From Callorhinchus milii (lineage: Eukaryota): a stretch of DNA of 64,000 nt. Shown here piece by piece: positions 49,670-62,589 of this stretch. Position 1 is the first letter of the stretch. Each line of letters opens with the position of its first letter. The translations under genes were made by a program, and so were the position numbers. The notes beneath the pieces were generated by a model. It did no database searches. It was given only the letters and a program-made list of their open reading frames with translations, and was not told the DNA's origin. The DNA lies in assembly GCF_018977255.1 (NCBI RefSeq), contig NW_024704745.1:8928001-8992000 (forward strand), in the 5' to 3' direction.

Positions 49670-49800
49670 ATGTGACTCAGCCTTCCAGGCTGTGGAGATG
49701 TGAGCATTCCGGCAGTAACGCCAAACAATGAGAGATGGGCCCTTTGCATTGGCCTTAGTCAATGGTCCATTACGTCAGATCATTGCCATATATGGTGCTC
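49670..49800 (-). promoter_or_regulatory. FILIP1L: Probable internal promoter/enhancer of a short FILIP1L isoform
   Basis: AP-1 TGACTCA 49673-49679, MCAT CATTCC 49705-49710, CCAAT (minus) 49748-49752, CRE-like TTACGTCA 49770-49777, perfect CArG CCATATATGG 49786-49795, in a transposon-poor microsatellite-flanked island. Confidence 0.6.
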
Positions 49801-52164
49801 TGTTGTGTGCAGGACCTGGAGTGTCTGTCTGTCTGTCTGACTGACTGACTGGGACTGACTGACTGACTGGGACTGACTGACTTGCAGCGCCTCTGATAGC
49901 CACAGCTCAGAGGAGGGAGGGAGGGAGGGAGGGAGAGGAAGCTTTAGTTTGCAAAGCACTTGGGCTTCCAGCTGACGTTCAAGTCCTCAAGTGCAACAGC
50001 TTCGCTGGGCTCCAGCTTCCCCCCCCCCCCACACCCCCCCAAAAAAAAGAGGAATCAAATGTGCTCGGGACAGGGCTCTCTGCATTAACAGAATCTCCTT
50101 CTTGCAATCGATGGCTGTGGTTTAATGGTTAAAACTAATGGTTTTGCTGATTTTGCTCTTTTTTTTCTTTGCTGGGGTGGGATGGGGTGGGGTGTGGGGG
50201 TTAAAAATAAAAAGGCACAAATCCCAGTATTTTTCTAATTCCACCAACACACACCAACACAATGAGAGGATTTGCAGAGAGAGCGTTTGCATTTCTTTTC
50301 CCTTGGATTCAGGGATGTGGTTTAAGTGGGACTGTGTTTAAAAGTTTTCAGCTGATCTTCAGCACCAGAAGACTTTGGTGGTTTCTTGGCATTGAGACCC
50401 GCACTCTTTAATTCACTGACATTAAAACTCTCAGAGAGAGAGAGAGAGAGAGAGAAAAAAGAGAGAGGAAAAAAATACACACACACACACACACACACAA
50501 ACACACACAAAACATGTGCAAAATAAAAGTTCCTTGGATGTGTCTGTGCAATGCCAGGCTTTTAGAGCTGTGTGCATACAGTGTGCACTTCAGAGAAAAG
50601 CAGTTTAAACAGAGGGATCACCATTCCCAGAGCCCTCTGCCTTCCAAGGAAAGCATTTCAAATTTGCATCCGATATATAAAAAAAAGTGAGTTAAACAGT
50701 TAACTTCTGAGTGAAAACAATCATTGCATTTGTACATGTTTCATCGAAGTCGTCTTTTTTTCGTGGCTTATTGTGAGTTTACTGTTTTTTTTGGATTTAG
50801 ATGATTGGTGACTTGTTGTAACCAATTGCATGTCTTTTTTTCTCCCTCCTCCCCCCCCCCCCATTTAAAATCTGTTGCATACTTCTGTGTTGCAATGACA
50901 AATATCGTGGGGGGGGGGTAGGGAGAGAATTTGGGTAGAAGGGGTTAATGGAGGAGAAGGGGGCAGTGGGGAAAGAGAGGAGTAGGGAAGGGGGCAACAG
51001 CAGATTACCATTTGTACGGTGCCTTTCACAGTGGGAGGACGTCCCAAGGCGCTGGCGAGGGAGCAGGGCTGGGGGTGAGGGTGAAGGGAGCAGGGCTAGG
51101 AGAGTTGTGGGGAGGGGGCAAGGGGGTTGGGGCCGGAACTATATTACGAATAGCCTTCCTTAAAGTACAAGTTCAGACAATTGACTAGTCGCGGTTGTTG
51201 GGTGATGATTTATGACACAGGGCTGCCCCTTGAGGGACCTTTTATAGGGTTGTTTGGAGATCGAGGCAGCCACTATAGATCTTACTGCTTCTCGTTTCGG
51301 TAGAGGGTGTGAGTCCTCGGAGGATTTTGGTTTTTTGTTTCATTCCAGATTATGTCATCTCCAAAACTTCTTGCAAATTGTGTCACAAGGTCAGGCGATA
51401 AATCACGGGCCCTTGCATTTGTCAAAAGTGACATGAAAGTTTGTACTTTGCGGGAAGCACAGTCTGTAACACATTACAATAAATCCTGTTTGCGAAGCCA
51501 CCTATTTTGTATCTCGCAAATCTGCGCTCCAACTAATGTGCAATTGAATAAGAGTGCAAGAAATAGAGGCATCCATGTAACTATTCCCTTTGAAAGCTTT
51601 GCGATTTTTTTCTGCACTGAAAAACTTGTGGAGAATTATAAGAGGCAGTTTGTGGCATCCGTGCTTTGTGCTGTTTGTAAGCTCTCTTTTGAGGATCAAA
51701 TCTTCATCACTGATAGATAAGACAGCCCAAGTAAGGAGGATAAATATTCAAAAGTGCTGTGGTTTCAATAGATCCTAATTGTCCAAGAATAAAATGCTCA
51801 ACGCATTTCAGTTTTTTTTAAACAAGTAAACAAGAACGTTTGCATGATTTGTAAGAGGACAGTCAGAGTCAATCCTACTCCCACTGGAACATAAGTTACC
51901 ATTTCTCTTTCATTTGTTTGACCCAGTTCTTTTCTCTGTATAGATGAACAGTGCTAAGGAGATGCTGTGGATTACTGGTGATGGTTTAAGCTTTTTTTTC
52001 TCCCCTCTCCCATATGCCTAACGAGATCACTGCCCTTCAGTATTCATAATAATAATAATCCTTGTATTTGATATAGCACCTTAACTGTCTTTGAGATATC
52101 TCCAAGCTCTTCACAGAATATACTGTAAAATGAATTGACTGCATATTTTGTGGGGCGAAACCCA

Positions 52165-52650
52165 AAAGGTCAGCCTAGCTGAGACGCAGCATTCTTGCCT
52201 CTGAGTCAGAAAGTTGTGGGTTCAAGCCTCACTGCAGGACTTTGAACTTATACAGTCTAAGCTGACACTCCAGTACAGGGCTGGGGTGTGCTCCATTGTC
52301 AGAGGTGCCGTTCCTTGGGATGAGACATTAAACTGAGGTTCTCGCCTGCCTGTTCAGGTGGATGCTAAAGATCCCATGGCACTATTCAAAAAGACAAGAG
52401 AGTTTCTCCCTGTGTCCTGGCTGATAATCACCCAAATAAAATTGGTCACCCACTTTATGGCTATTTGTGGGAGTTTGCTGTGTGCAATTTGCCTGTTGCC
52501 TTTGCCCAGAAATATACAGTCAGGGTAAAGATCCTGTGAAGTACTTATCAAATCACATCATTAAGACATCTCAAAGCAGTGATGTGCGTTTGAGACATCT
52601 TGACAATGTCATGTGATAAGGCACTATATCAAATGTAAAGAGTATTATTA
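52165..52650 (+). mobile_element. Older Deu-domain SINE, near full length
   Basis: GCCTCTGAGTCAGAAAGTTGTGGGTTCAAG head, TTCAGGTGGATGCTAAAGATCCCATGGCACTATT core. Confidence 0.85.
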
Positions 52651-54395
52651 AAAACCCTTTAGAATTGGTATTGATGGGTGAAGATTGGTATTACAGTGGA
52701 TACTTCTAAAGAAACCATGTGCCCAGAGGAAGTCTCAGTAAACGTGTACAAGAAGTTAAATGGAATTGAGAAAGCCAACTCAGAACCATACATTTAGATA
52801 CATTGAGACAGAGGGACTAGGGGACAAAGGTTCAGGGGTGTGAAGGGGAATTTAAGGACAGACCCAGGAAGCATTTCTTACCATTTCGCTACACAGAGGA
52901 TAATCAAATGGGTTGGGCGAGAGGCAAAGTGGGATTTCTGTTTTCCAGAATGTGGGTGATGTAAAACAAGCAGTGGCCATTGTATGAGTTATAGCTCGGG
53001 GCATCTCAATGCACCACTACTTTAACTAAGGATATTGCTACAATACTGGATAAGCTCTCAAATGTAGGAATGGATATATTTTCAATAAAGGCATTTCCTG
53101 CAATCTTAGGGCAAGCTGACAAAATCAGACCAGTGCTAGGCTTTGTTTGACAAAAACTGCCTGCAACAACTACAATATTGATTTGTAAAATTGAAGGGCG
53201 AATGGATAAAAATGCGGGAGAGAATCTGGAAGCCGTGTCCTGCAGGCATTGGCTCTGTGGGGAAAGAAAGTGAAATCTCTATAATGTCTAATACAGTATT
53301 TCTCATTTTGATCTGCCATCTCCAGTTCTCCCAGATACATGCAGTACCACAGCAACCCATTTCATCTGTCAACTCAGCCTGCTTAAAATCATTTCTGAGG
53401 GATCCACTAAGTTGTTAGTCTTTGACTATGCTGGGCATACAGAGCAGAGCAGGAAACAATTTAATAATAATCCTTGCATTTGGTATAGTGCCTTAGCACA
53501 TCACTGAGACATCTCAAAGCACTTCATAGAATATATTGTAAAGTGAATTGACTGTATATTTTTTGGGTGAAATTCGGCAGCCAGTTGAGCCCAGTAGTCC
53601 AACAAACAGTCGAGCATTGAGTGACTAAATCATTTTTTTTTAATGGTTATTACCCCCGGAAAGCAATCCATTTACTGCAGTTTATTTATTTTAACTCAGC
53701 ACTGAACCTTTTTAATAGCCGTTCGTCACTGTTGAGTTATAATAAAATAATAATCAACCTTGCATTTTGATATAGTGCCTTATGACATCGTCGAGATGTC
53801 TCGAGGTGCCTCACAGCATATACTGCAAGGTGGTTTGACTGTATTTTGTGGGTAAAAAGTAATCTGAAATTAAATCATGCTATTTTTCCGATCAACCAGC
53901 AAATTCGATAAGGACAATGTTTACTGCACTCAGTTCGGCAATTGAAGTCAGTTGTCACTCAGTTTGATGAATTTTAAAACCTGCACATCTAAAAAACATT
54001 AAAAATTATAAGCACACCTAAAACCCTGCAGCCTCAAAGTTTGTCGTAATATCCCATTCATGAATTTGTACCCGGAATGCCCATTTTTGTGGCTTTTTGG
54101 TTAATACAATCATAAAGTTGTGTAGATTTTTTTCTTTTTAAAAAAAATACTTTTTCCTGATTATCATTCTAAGGCCTGTACGTTCCTGTGAGGAGGTGTT
54201 CCATGGCAACCGAACAATAGAGAACTGTTTCAAGTCACCAAACTTAAGAACTACATCCAAAACAACAGCATCAAATTGCTTTGATGCTGTTTGGATACAC
54301 ACAGTCACCATGACACTGCTCTTTGACAATAGCAAATATATAACGATTCTTCTTGATGTCTTGTGTCTTTTTCTCTGCGATCATTATTCGGGGAG

Positions 54396-54609
54396 AAATT
54401 CCACCTGGGTGTAGATTTGCTCTGTTTATATACCGTCTTTTGAACTTCCATAATTTGGCAAATTGTTGCATTCATTTTTCTGTAAGTTCTTAAAAGCAAA
54501 GCACAGAAAACCAGGCTCGTAATCAAGGCTGTGTATTTAAGAATTTGCCCAAATCTGGACGCTCTGAAATGTTACATAAATAGAGCAATCGTACACCCAG
54601 GTGGAATTC
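54396..54609. mobile_element. Foldback/MITE-like element with about 70-bp imperfect terminal inverted repeats
   Basis: AATTCCACCTGGGTGTAGATTTGCTCTGTTTAT... pairs with ...ATAAATAGAGCAATCGTACACCCAGGTGGAATT; no clear TSD. Confidence 0.65.
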
Positions 54610-54919
54610 AGTTTGTCCACAAAATAGATGGACAATGCATTTGACAGTACACCCAATGGGCGATGCAATGCATTGCATTTGACATTACATTTGATAGTGT
54701 ACACAATGCATTTGACAGTACATCCTGTGAAGCGCTTTGAGACACCCTCTTGACGTGAAAGGTGCTGTCTCAAATGTAAAGATTACTATTGTTTCTCCAC
54801 ATCTGTTCTTATGGGAGAAATAGCTCCTCTAAATTTTTAACTTGTTTATTTCCTCAAAGCGATCCATGTTGTGAATTCGACAAGATTGTATTTAGAACAG
54901 TGAAGCACAATGTTTGCGT

Positions 54920-54962
54920 CTGTTTTTTTAATCTTTCTGCTTTGTTTCATTTGCAGGTAAGC
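54920..54962 (+). other. Candidate recursive splice site (3' splice site immediately followed by a 5' splice site)
   Basis: ttttttaatctttctgctttgtttcatttgCAG|GTAAGC with junction at 54956/54957. Confidence 0.45.
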
Positions 54963-55302
54963 TGTTCATACTATTAGTAAGAAAACATAAGCAATGGAAG
55001 CAATGCTTGACAATTGAGGTATGAGAATTTATGTACGTTTTTTTACTTTGTGAAGGGAACCTCCCATGTTAAGCACACTGTGTAAGAATGTTCAGTGCAT
55101 TGTTTAGCAGTGCATATATTGATCTTTTAAATCACTGTTTGTAGATACAAATCTATAAATTTATCTGAATTTATGACTGCAGCTTTTTATAGCTGCTTTA
55201 GCGAATAGCCATCTGGATTCTCACCTCAGCACAACTCACTGCCTTAAACGAAAAGGGGAGAATGTTAAATAAATGAGGGAGAGAGAAAGAGAGAGAGAAG
55301 TA

Positions 55303-55460
55303 CAGTAAAACTCACGTAAGTCTCATCTGTATAAATCATATAATCGTCTAAGTTGTACATCTGCCCAGGTCCTGTTCAAGAGTTTGACTTAATTCATACT
55401 TTGTAAAAAGTTTTATTAAATGTATGGTCTCAACTGATACAGATTACGTGCAGTTTACTC
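55303..55460. mobile_element. Tc1/mariner-pogo (Tigger-like) MITE
   Basis: TA-flanked; ends CAGTAAAACTCACGTAAGTCT and AGATTACGTGCAGTTTACTC are imperfect inverted repeats. Confidence 0.65.
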
Positions 55461-56451
55461 TATTCCAGAATTTATCCTGTGGACGAGGGACTGAGCCTGG
55501 TTTTGCTCAAACCGCTTTATTTTCTTCTCTCTGTTTGCACACTATTCAAGTCAGTGCTGTCATCTCACAGTCTGTCAGTGTCCCGAGCTGACTTGCTCTG
55601 AATATGGTGTGGTATCTGTGGTTTGTGAATTTGTCTGGACTGGCCCGCCAAGCCCAAACTTTGGCCAGCCTCAAACAGGCACCGTTCCATCTGTTCGTCC
55701 ATTTCGATTTTGTTTGTCACATTACATTAGCTCATTTCCTTTTATTCTCAGAGAAGTTATTAGCTGATCAGTTACATTGCTTCTATTTAACACTTGTTTC
55801 AGGAAGGTACAATGGTGTAATGTACTTGCAGCTTTTTCCTTTCATTTTACTGCTCCTTCGGGAACCCAAGGTTCTGTAAAATTGTGGTGCAGCTCTGCTC
55901 TATGAAACTGTAGATAGCCACTCCAGTTTTACTTTTGACCTCACACACCTGTGTTCTGGCAGTAGGAGAAAGATTTGTGGGCAACTAATTTATATTTCTC
56001 TGTGAATGGCTTGTGTCAGTTACATGCAGCAACTCGTTCATTAAAGGATGTGTATTCTGCTGATTTGTGTTTTTGCTGGAGAAATTGCTTGTCCAAACCT
56101 TGTACTTGTTTATTTAGTTCAAAAGTTCTTCCCTGTTGTTGAATGTTATAGTTTGTATTTGGAATGCTGAAATGCAACCTTTCCATATGTCTTAAAACCC
56201 TCTGATTCTAACTGTTAACTCCACTCTGTATAAAAGTGACACTTCTTGGTATTGGTCCTGAAATTCCCCCTCACAGTTCTGAACCTGCACTCTTTTGCTC
56301 TACTGCCTTACCTTATCTGAGAGTATTGCTCTTGGTTTATGTTCCAAAATCCAAGTTGGTGCCTGGTATATACCTTTGTATGTATGGTCCCCTGAGACAT
56401 CTCTTTTCAAGGCTGAAAAGCCCTAGCGTATCTAACTGTTCCTTGTAGTCC

Positions 56452-56657
56452 ATCCAACGGTCCCTTCGCCTCCCTTCCTCCCTTGCCTCCTTCAAGGCCG
56501 GTCTCAAAACCCTTCTCTTCGACTATGCCTTTGGTCTTCCCTCACCCCTACACCACCCCTCCCCCACACTCGGGCCCCGACACCTGACTGTTCAGGACTT
56601 TGGGACGTCCTCCCGACGTGAAAGGCGCTCTATAAATGTAATTTTGTTGTTGTGTTG
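56452..56657 (+). mobile_element. Young L2 3' end inserted into an antisense CR1 remnant
   Basis: Matches the L2 tail at 15160-15382. Confidence 0.88.
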
Positions 56658-57696
56658 TCGTAGTTCATCCCACCAATGCTGGGGATCATCTTTGTGCTCT
56701 CTCCTACCCTTTACATGTTTCTAATGGGCATACATATCATGATTGACAGTTTTCGAGTTTACACAGTTAAATGTGACTCAGAGTAGTATATCTGCCTCGC
56801 CCAGTTAAAACAAATATCATCTTAGCAACGGAGGATTGCTTTTGCAAATCCTCTCCTTCCTCTATGAGCGAAAGAACAATTGTTTTGTTTCCAGTGAAGC
56901 CTTCAACCTATTTGTTTTGGCAAACTTCAGGTAGCCATGAAATAAGATAGACCAGCTATGCTATTCTTCAACAGAGAGGTTTGGTGTCGTGCAAAGCTTA
57001 ATGATCATATTAAATAATAATCCTTACATTTGGTACAGCACCTTTCATGTCAGGAGGAAGTCTCAACGCGCTTCACAGGATTTACTGTAAAGTGCAGCAA
57101 TTTCAGCAACTCTATTTTGTGCACCTAGTATTTTGCACCTTATTGTAGGCGAATGTGTCAGCCAATTTGCTCGCAGCAAAGTTCACTCAAAGTTTATAAG
57201 CATTGCACCACTTTCTTATCTTATATTCTAGAATTGGAGAGTGACAGCAATAAAAGATGCACACTTGGAAGGTGGGTGATGCTATTAGCTCACACTGGAG
57301 GAGAAGGTAGAAGAGGATCATTGCCATACATTGGGTAGCCCGAACTAGTGAATCCTCATTAGTTTTATGCAACCAGCTTGAATTTTGAGCTGCTGTTTCT
57401 GACCCTGTACCTCGCTCCTGATTTTGACCAGCTATCCTGACGTTTCTGGGTTGATCACACCAAGTTTGCATCCCAAAATCTTGACTCAATGTTACCAAAG
57501 AGGAGGCAGCCTGAATTCTGGCAAGTGCTGTATAACCACATCGAGGAGCAGCCTCACACTAAAGTACAATCTGTCTGCCGAAATGTTAATTTTCTGCTTT
57601 TTTTAGGCGGAGCCACTTAATGTTCACATTTTTATGCCAGTGAAGAAAACCATCAGTGCCTACATTCAACTACTGACGTTAAAATACTGACGTTAA

Positions 57697-57850
57697 TAAT
57701 AATAATAATAATCCTTGCATTTGATATAGCGCTTTTCACGTCGGGAGGACGTCCCAAAGCGCTTCACAGAACACACTGTAAAGTGAATTGACTGTATATT
57801 TGTGGGCGAATGCGGCAGCTACTTGCGCACAGCAGTGTCCCACAAACAGT
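57697..57850 (-). mobile_element. 5'-truncated young SINE; another at 63252-63382
   Basis: (TAA)nTCCTTGCATTTGATATAGCGCTTTTCACGTCGGGAGGACGTCCC. Confidence 0.9.
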
Positions 57851-58004
57851 AAATGGGTCACTGACATTCAGACTGTCTGAAATGTGACAGGAGCTCGAAG
57901 TAAACACTCGTCGTGGTGTCAAAGCAGAGCCTTCAGTAAGAAGGGAACCAAAAGTATCATCTGCTCTGAAGCAGACTGATAAGAGTTGAGTTTTGTGGCT
58001 ACCT

Positions 58005-58320
58005 TGTGTCAGTCTGGCTGAATTGGTAGCACTCTCGCCTCTGAGTCAGAATGTTGTGGGCTCAATCCCCACATCAGGACTGATAATTTATGTAATTTAA
58101 GCTGATACTCCAATGCAGTGCTGCTGTCCTTCAGATGAGATGTTAACCCAAGGTCCTGTCTGCCTGTTCAGCCGGACATTAAAGATCTTATGGCACTATT
58201 TGAAAGGAGATGGGATTGTTCCCGGTGTCCTGGCCAACAATCTTCCATGTTTACCTGCAAAACAAACAGTCACTCCACTTTACAGATTATCCTGTGAAGT
58301 GCTTTGAGGCATCCTCCCAA
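58005..58320 (+). mobile_element. Older Deu-domain SINE
   Basis: TGGCTGAATTGGTAGCACTCTCGCCTCTGAGTCAGA head and Deu core. Confidence 0.82.
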
Positions 58321-60299
58321 TGCATAATAATCCTTACATTTGATGTATCAAGACCTTGAGACGTCTCAAAGCGCTTCACAGGGTATACTGTAAAAAGGAT
58401 TGATTGTGTATTTTGTGGGTGAAATACGGCCAGTTGCGCACAGCAATGGCCCACAACAGCCATGGAGCAAGTGACCAATTTTATTATTAAATATACCTTG
58501 CTTAACTACTGTAATATTACATTCTTACCTACAAACTAAGACTGTTTGTTCCAGCACTAATGTTTAGTGGGGTGGGGAAGCAATGCATGTTCAATTCCTA
58601 ATTTTTCTTGATTCTGAATCACAGTTCTTCAAAAGGCAGTTAAAAAGAATTTGAAAGCAAATCATTTCCAAATTGAAATACAGTGAGGTATGAGAGGAAA
58701 ATTTTAAGACAATGACGTTAAGATTCAGAAGGGAAGTTTGCCTACAAAATCCAGTCACTTTACACTATGAATCACTCTGAGACATCCTCCCGACATGAAA
58801 GCTGCTAGATCAAATGTAAATGTAAGGATTATTATTATTAATGATAATTCTGAGCCTCTAGTGTATAAAGGGGTGATTGCCACTTCTGGGATTTGAAATG
58901 TAAGCAAAGTTTGCTACTCAACACCTCATTTATTTAACAATGACTTTGATCCTCATGTGTCTCTTTTCCAGCTTCATCTCCAGTCACAGTTCTGTTCTGG
59001 CTCTGATCCGAATAAAACTCAGCCCAGCATTCACTCTCGCCTAGCTCCCAAAGTGCAGAGATCCGAAAGGTAACTAACTCTTTGGTGCAGCAAATGTCCA
59101 GCGTTGCAAAAACCCAAGAGGTGGCTCGGTTACAGACCTAGCCATAATATCTGTCTATGGCAGAGACAGTGTTGTTGGCTTTCAGGAAGCCTTCCACGAG
59201 CCACAGCTCATAATGTTAAATTGAACAGGAGGGGGTGGGGGGGTGGGAAAAACCTTTGGCGTTTTGCCCAATAACAGCAACCTGGATTTGCTATCATGTG
59301 AGATCGTTCAAAACTTAGTGCACAGTACCTCCGACCCTTGCTAAAATTCAGTCTTCAAGCTCTGTTCCATTCAGGCCCACGTCACAACCATTGTTACGCC
59401 TTCACAGATGTGTTCTCTGAGAACAAATATTCTTGTCTCCAGTTTCATGGACAGGAGGGGAGTGGGGGAGTGTGGGGTGGGGGAGAGGATGGTGGGTAGG
59501 AGGGTGGTAGGGGCAGATACTGAGCTGCACTCTTCCACATTCAACTCGTGCTTGGGTCCAATATCTGGTACTTCAGAATCTTCTGACTGAAGACTTTCCT
59601 CTTTGACCACACCATCCATCGGTCACCATTCCCAACAACAACAAATTACACTTGTATAGCATCCGTCACCCCATGTCCCTCAGCTTGCACCCAGCTTGGG
59701 TGCCAAACCAGGACCCTCAAGCGCTTGGGATGTCCTCCTAACGTAAAAGCTGTTTTATAATTGTGAATTTTTATTGTATTGTCCACTTCTTTGTGAACCT
59801 GTGGCTCACTGACTGTTCTGCATGTTTATCATGGGAGAGGCTTCTGGTCTGAGCCAGCTGAGTTCAAGCAACGGTTAATTGGCAGGCATATCTAATATGA
59901 CATGAGGGCTTAGTGGTCCATCGACCACGATCACAATTGCTGCCTAAGGTAGTCTCTGACTTTCATTTGCAGCAGGAAATTACTGTTCCTTCCTTTGCAA
60001 GAGACTGATGAGAAACAAAAGCTCCACTGTATGGATGCTAAGGAACCTCTGACCTGCTCTTCTGGCAGAACAAAGGTGTTTCTCAGATCTCAATAGCCTT
60101 TTGTATCTTATTGGGGGCAAGTAGATCTGGTGTAGAGGTGTGTGCCATTTATAGGCTACCACAATGGTCAGTCGAATGTATTTTACTTTTATCACTTAGC
60201 TGTTTAAAACAACAACACTTGCAACTTGTATTTATATAGCACCCTTTACGTGGGGTAGCATCTTGAAGCACTTAAAACTTGTAGGTGAAATTTATCGTA

Positions 60300-60715
60300 A
60301 TTAATAATGATAATCCTTATATTTGATATAGTGCCTTTCACATCGGGAGGATGTCTCAAAGCACTTCACAGGATAAAGTGGAGTGACTGTGCATGTCATG
60401 GGTGAACACAGCAGGCAATATGCATACAACCATGATGCCCCACAAACAGCCATGAAGTGAATGATCACTTTTGTTTACAGGGAGTGTTAGCCAGGGAACC
60501 GGGGAGAAACTCTTTTCTCTTTTTGAAGAGTGCCACGGGATCTTTAACGTCCACCTGAACAGGCAAATGGGACCTTGGTTTAACATGTCATTCACTTCTA
60601 TGCACCTCCAACAATGCAGCACTCCCCCCACAGCACTGCATTGGAATGTCAGCTTAGACTATATGAGTTCTGAGTCCCAAGATGGGGTTTGAAACCTCAG
60701 CCTTTTGACTGAGGC
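60300..60715 (-). mobile_element. Older Deu-domain SINE
   Basis: GCCACGGGATCTTTAACGTCCACCTGAACAGGCA core. Confidence 0.83.
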
Positions 60716-61767
60716 AAGATAATAATAACAATCCTTGGATTTGATATAGAGCCTTATCACATCTTCGAGACGTCTCAAAGCGCTTCACAGAATATACTGT
60801 AAAGTGAATAGACTGTGTATTTTGTGGGCAGAACGCTACTGACTGAGCAAGGTGAGAAGTGGGAAGCTTGCCAGACATTGCTTTCAATGGCAAGTGATGT
60901 AATTTTAGCTTGTTAGCCTCCAGCAGTAGCCCGACACAAACTCTATGGTTCCTCCCAAGCCTTGGCTCTTGCCAAACTGCACCTAAACCTCTGGCGTTAG
61001 GTAACCAGAGTGTGTCCCTCTAGGGAGAGCGTGCATTCCACTGCAGACAAGAAAATTTCCAGGTGTCGGTTGCATACACAAGTGCAATGGGTGGTGATGG
61101 GTTTCAGCACGTGTCAGAAAACTTGTCGGACGCCAATCCCCAGCTGGGTTCTGGAACCTCCTTTGGCTCCGAATTAAGCTTACGGTTGTCAGAATTGAGA
61201 GAGCACTTAAGCGCAACTCTGGCCCAGCAGGTTCCCCTGTTTTTTAATTACTCCTACAAATCCAGCGAGTCAGACCTCAGATTGTCATTAAATTTGATGC
61301 CTCCTGGGGAATTCGATTCGATGGCCAATTCCGAACCAAATGTGCAAATAAACGGAGCTAGTGAGTCACTGCAGCGATCAGTCTGATTTTAGGGACAGAA
61401 AGGTTATTGTAGTTCTGAATTCACATGGACTTAATCTTTATTATAAGTTCTTGTGGAGAATGTTTGTGCTTGAGAAAAGAAAGAAATAGATTTTAATGTA
61501 ACGAGAACATGTAATTTGGGTCGATTGAGTCTTGGCTCAGCATGGAAGTATTATGTCAAGCAAAGTCTGACCAAACCTCTTGTACTTTATGGTGTTATTT
61601 TTAAATGTGGGTTGGGGTGAGGTTTAATTTTGTAGAAGTTTCAATGATTCCCTTGTAAATTGCAGTGCTTGTTTGCCACAGAATGGAAGTATTGGTTTTA
61701 ATGCTAAAATGTCTCTGCCTATTGAGAAACTAGTTTTGATTCATGTCGGTTAACTGACAACGCTGCT

Positions 61768-62588
61768 ATAATAATAATAATAACAACAAAATTACATTTA
61801 TTGAGCGCTTTTCAAGTTGGGAGGACATCCCAAAGCGCTGAACAGTCAGGTGTTGGGGCTCGAGCATGGGGGAGAGATGATGTAGGGGTGAGGCAAGGCA
61901 GAGAGGTGGGAGGGAAACCAAAGGCGCGATCGAAGAGAAGGGTCTTGAGACCGGTCTTGAAGGAGGCAAGGGAGGAAGCGAGGCAAAGGGACCGTGGGTT
62001 GGAGTTCCAGAGTGTGGGGACAGAGAGGCTGAAAGCTCAGCCACCGATGGTAGGGCGGGTCGGGCGGGAGACATGGAGCAGACCGGAGCCCACTGAATGG
62101 AGTGAGCGGGCAGGTTGGTAGGGAGTCAGCAAGTCAGAGAGGTAGTAGGGGGCAAGGTCATTGATGGCCTTGAAAGTGAGGACGAGGATCTTGAATTCGA
62201 TCCTCTGGGGTATGGGGAGCCAGTGGAGTCAAGGGAGGGTGGCAGTGATGGGGTCGCAGAGCCTACTGTGTGAGAGTACATGAGCTGCAGAGTTTTGGAT
62301 GATCTGTAGCTTGTGAAGGGAAGAGTTGGGAAGGCCGATGAGGAGGGAGTTTCCGTAGTCGAGCCTTGATGTGACGAATGCGTGGATGAGGGTTTCGGCA
62401 GCCTGAGGGGTGACAGTTCAGGGTCGAACAAGATACCCAGATTCCTGACTGGCTTAGTGAGATTGAGCGTGCAGCCATGAGGGCTGATGCTGCCAGCACC
62501 TGAGGTGCGGAGGCGCTGGCGCGAACCAATCAGAAGAGCCTCGGTCTTGTTGACTTTGAGTTGGAGAAAGTTGGCCCTCATCCAGGAC
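61768..62588 (-). mobile_element. Longest L2 fragment in the window, 5'-truncated, with an internal deletion near 62410
   Basis: WMRANFLQLKVNKTEALLIGS...VRNLGILFDPELS then AAETLIHAFVTSRLDYGNSLLIGLP; L2 tail. Confidence 0.93.
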
Positions 62589-62589
62589 T

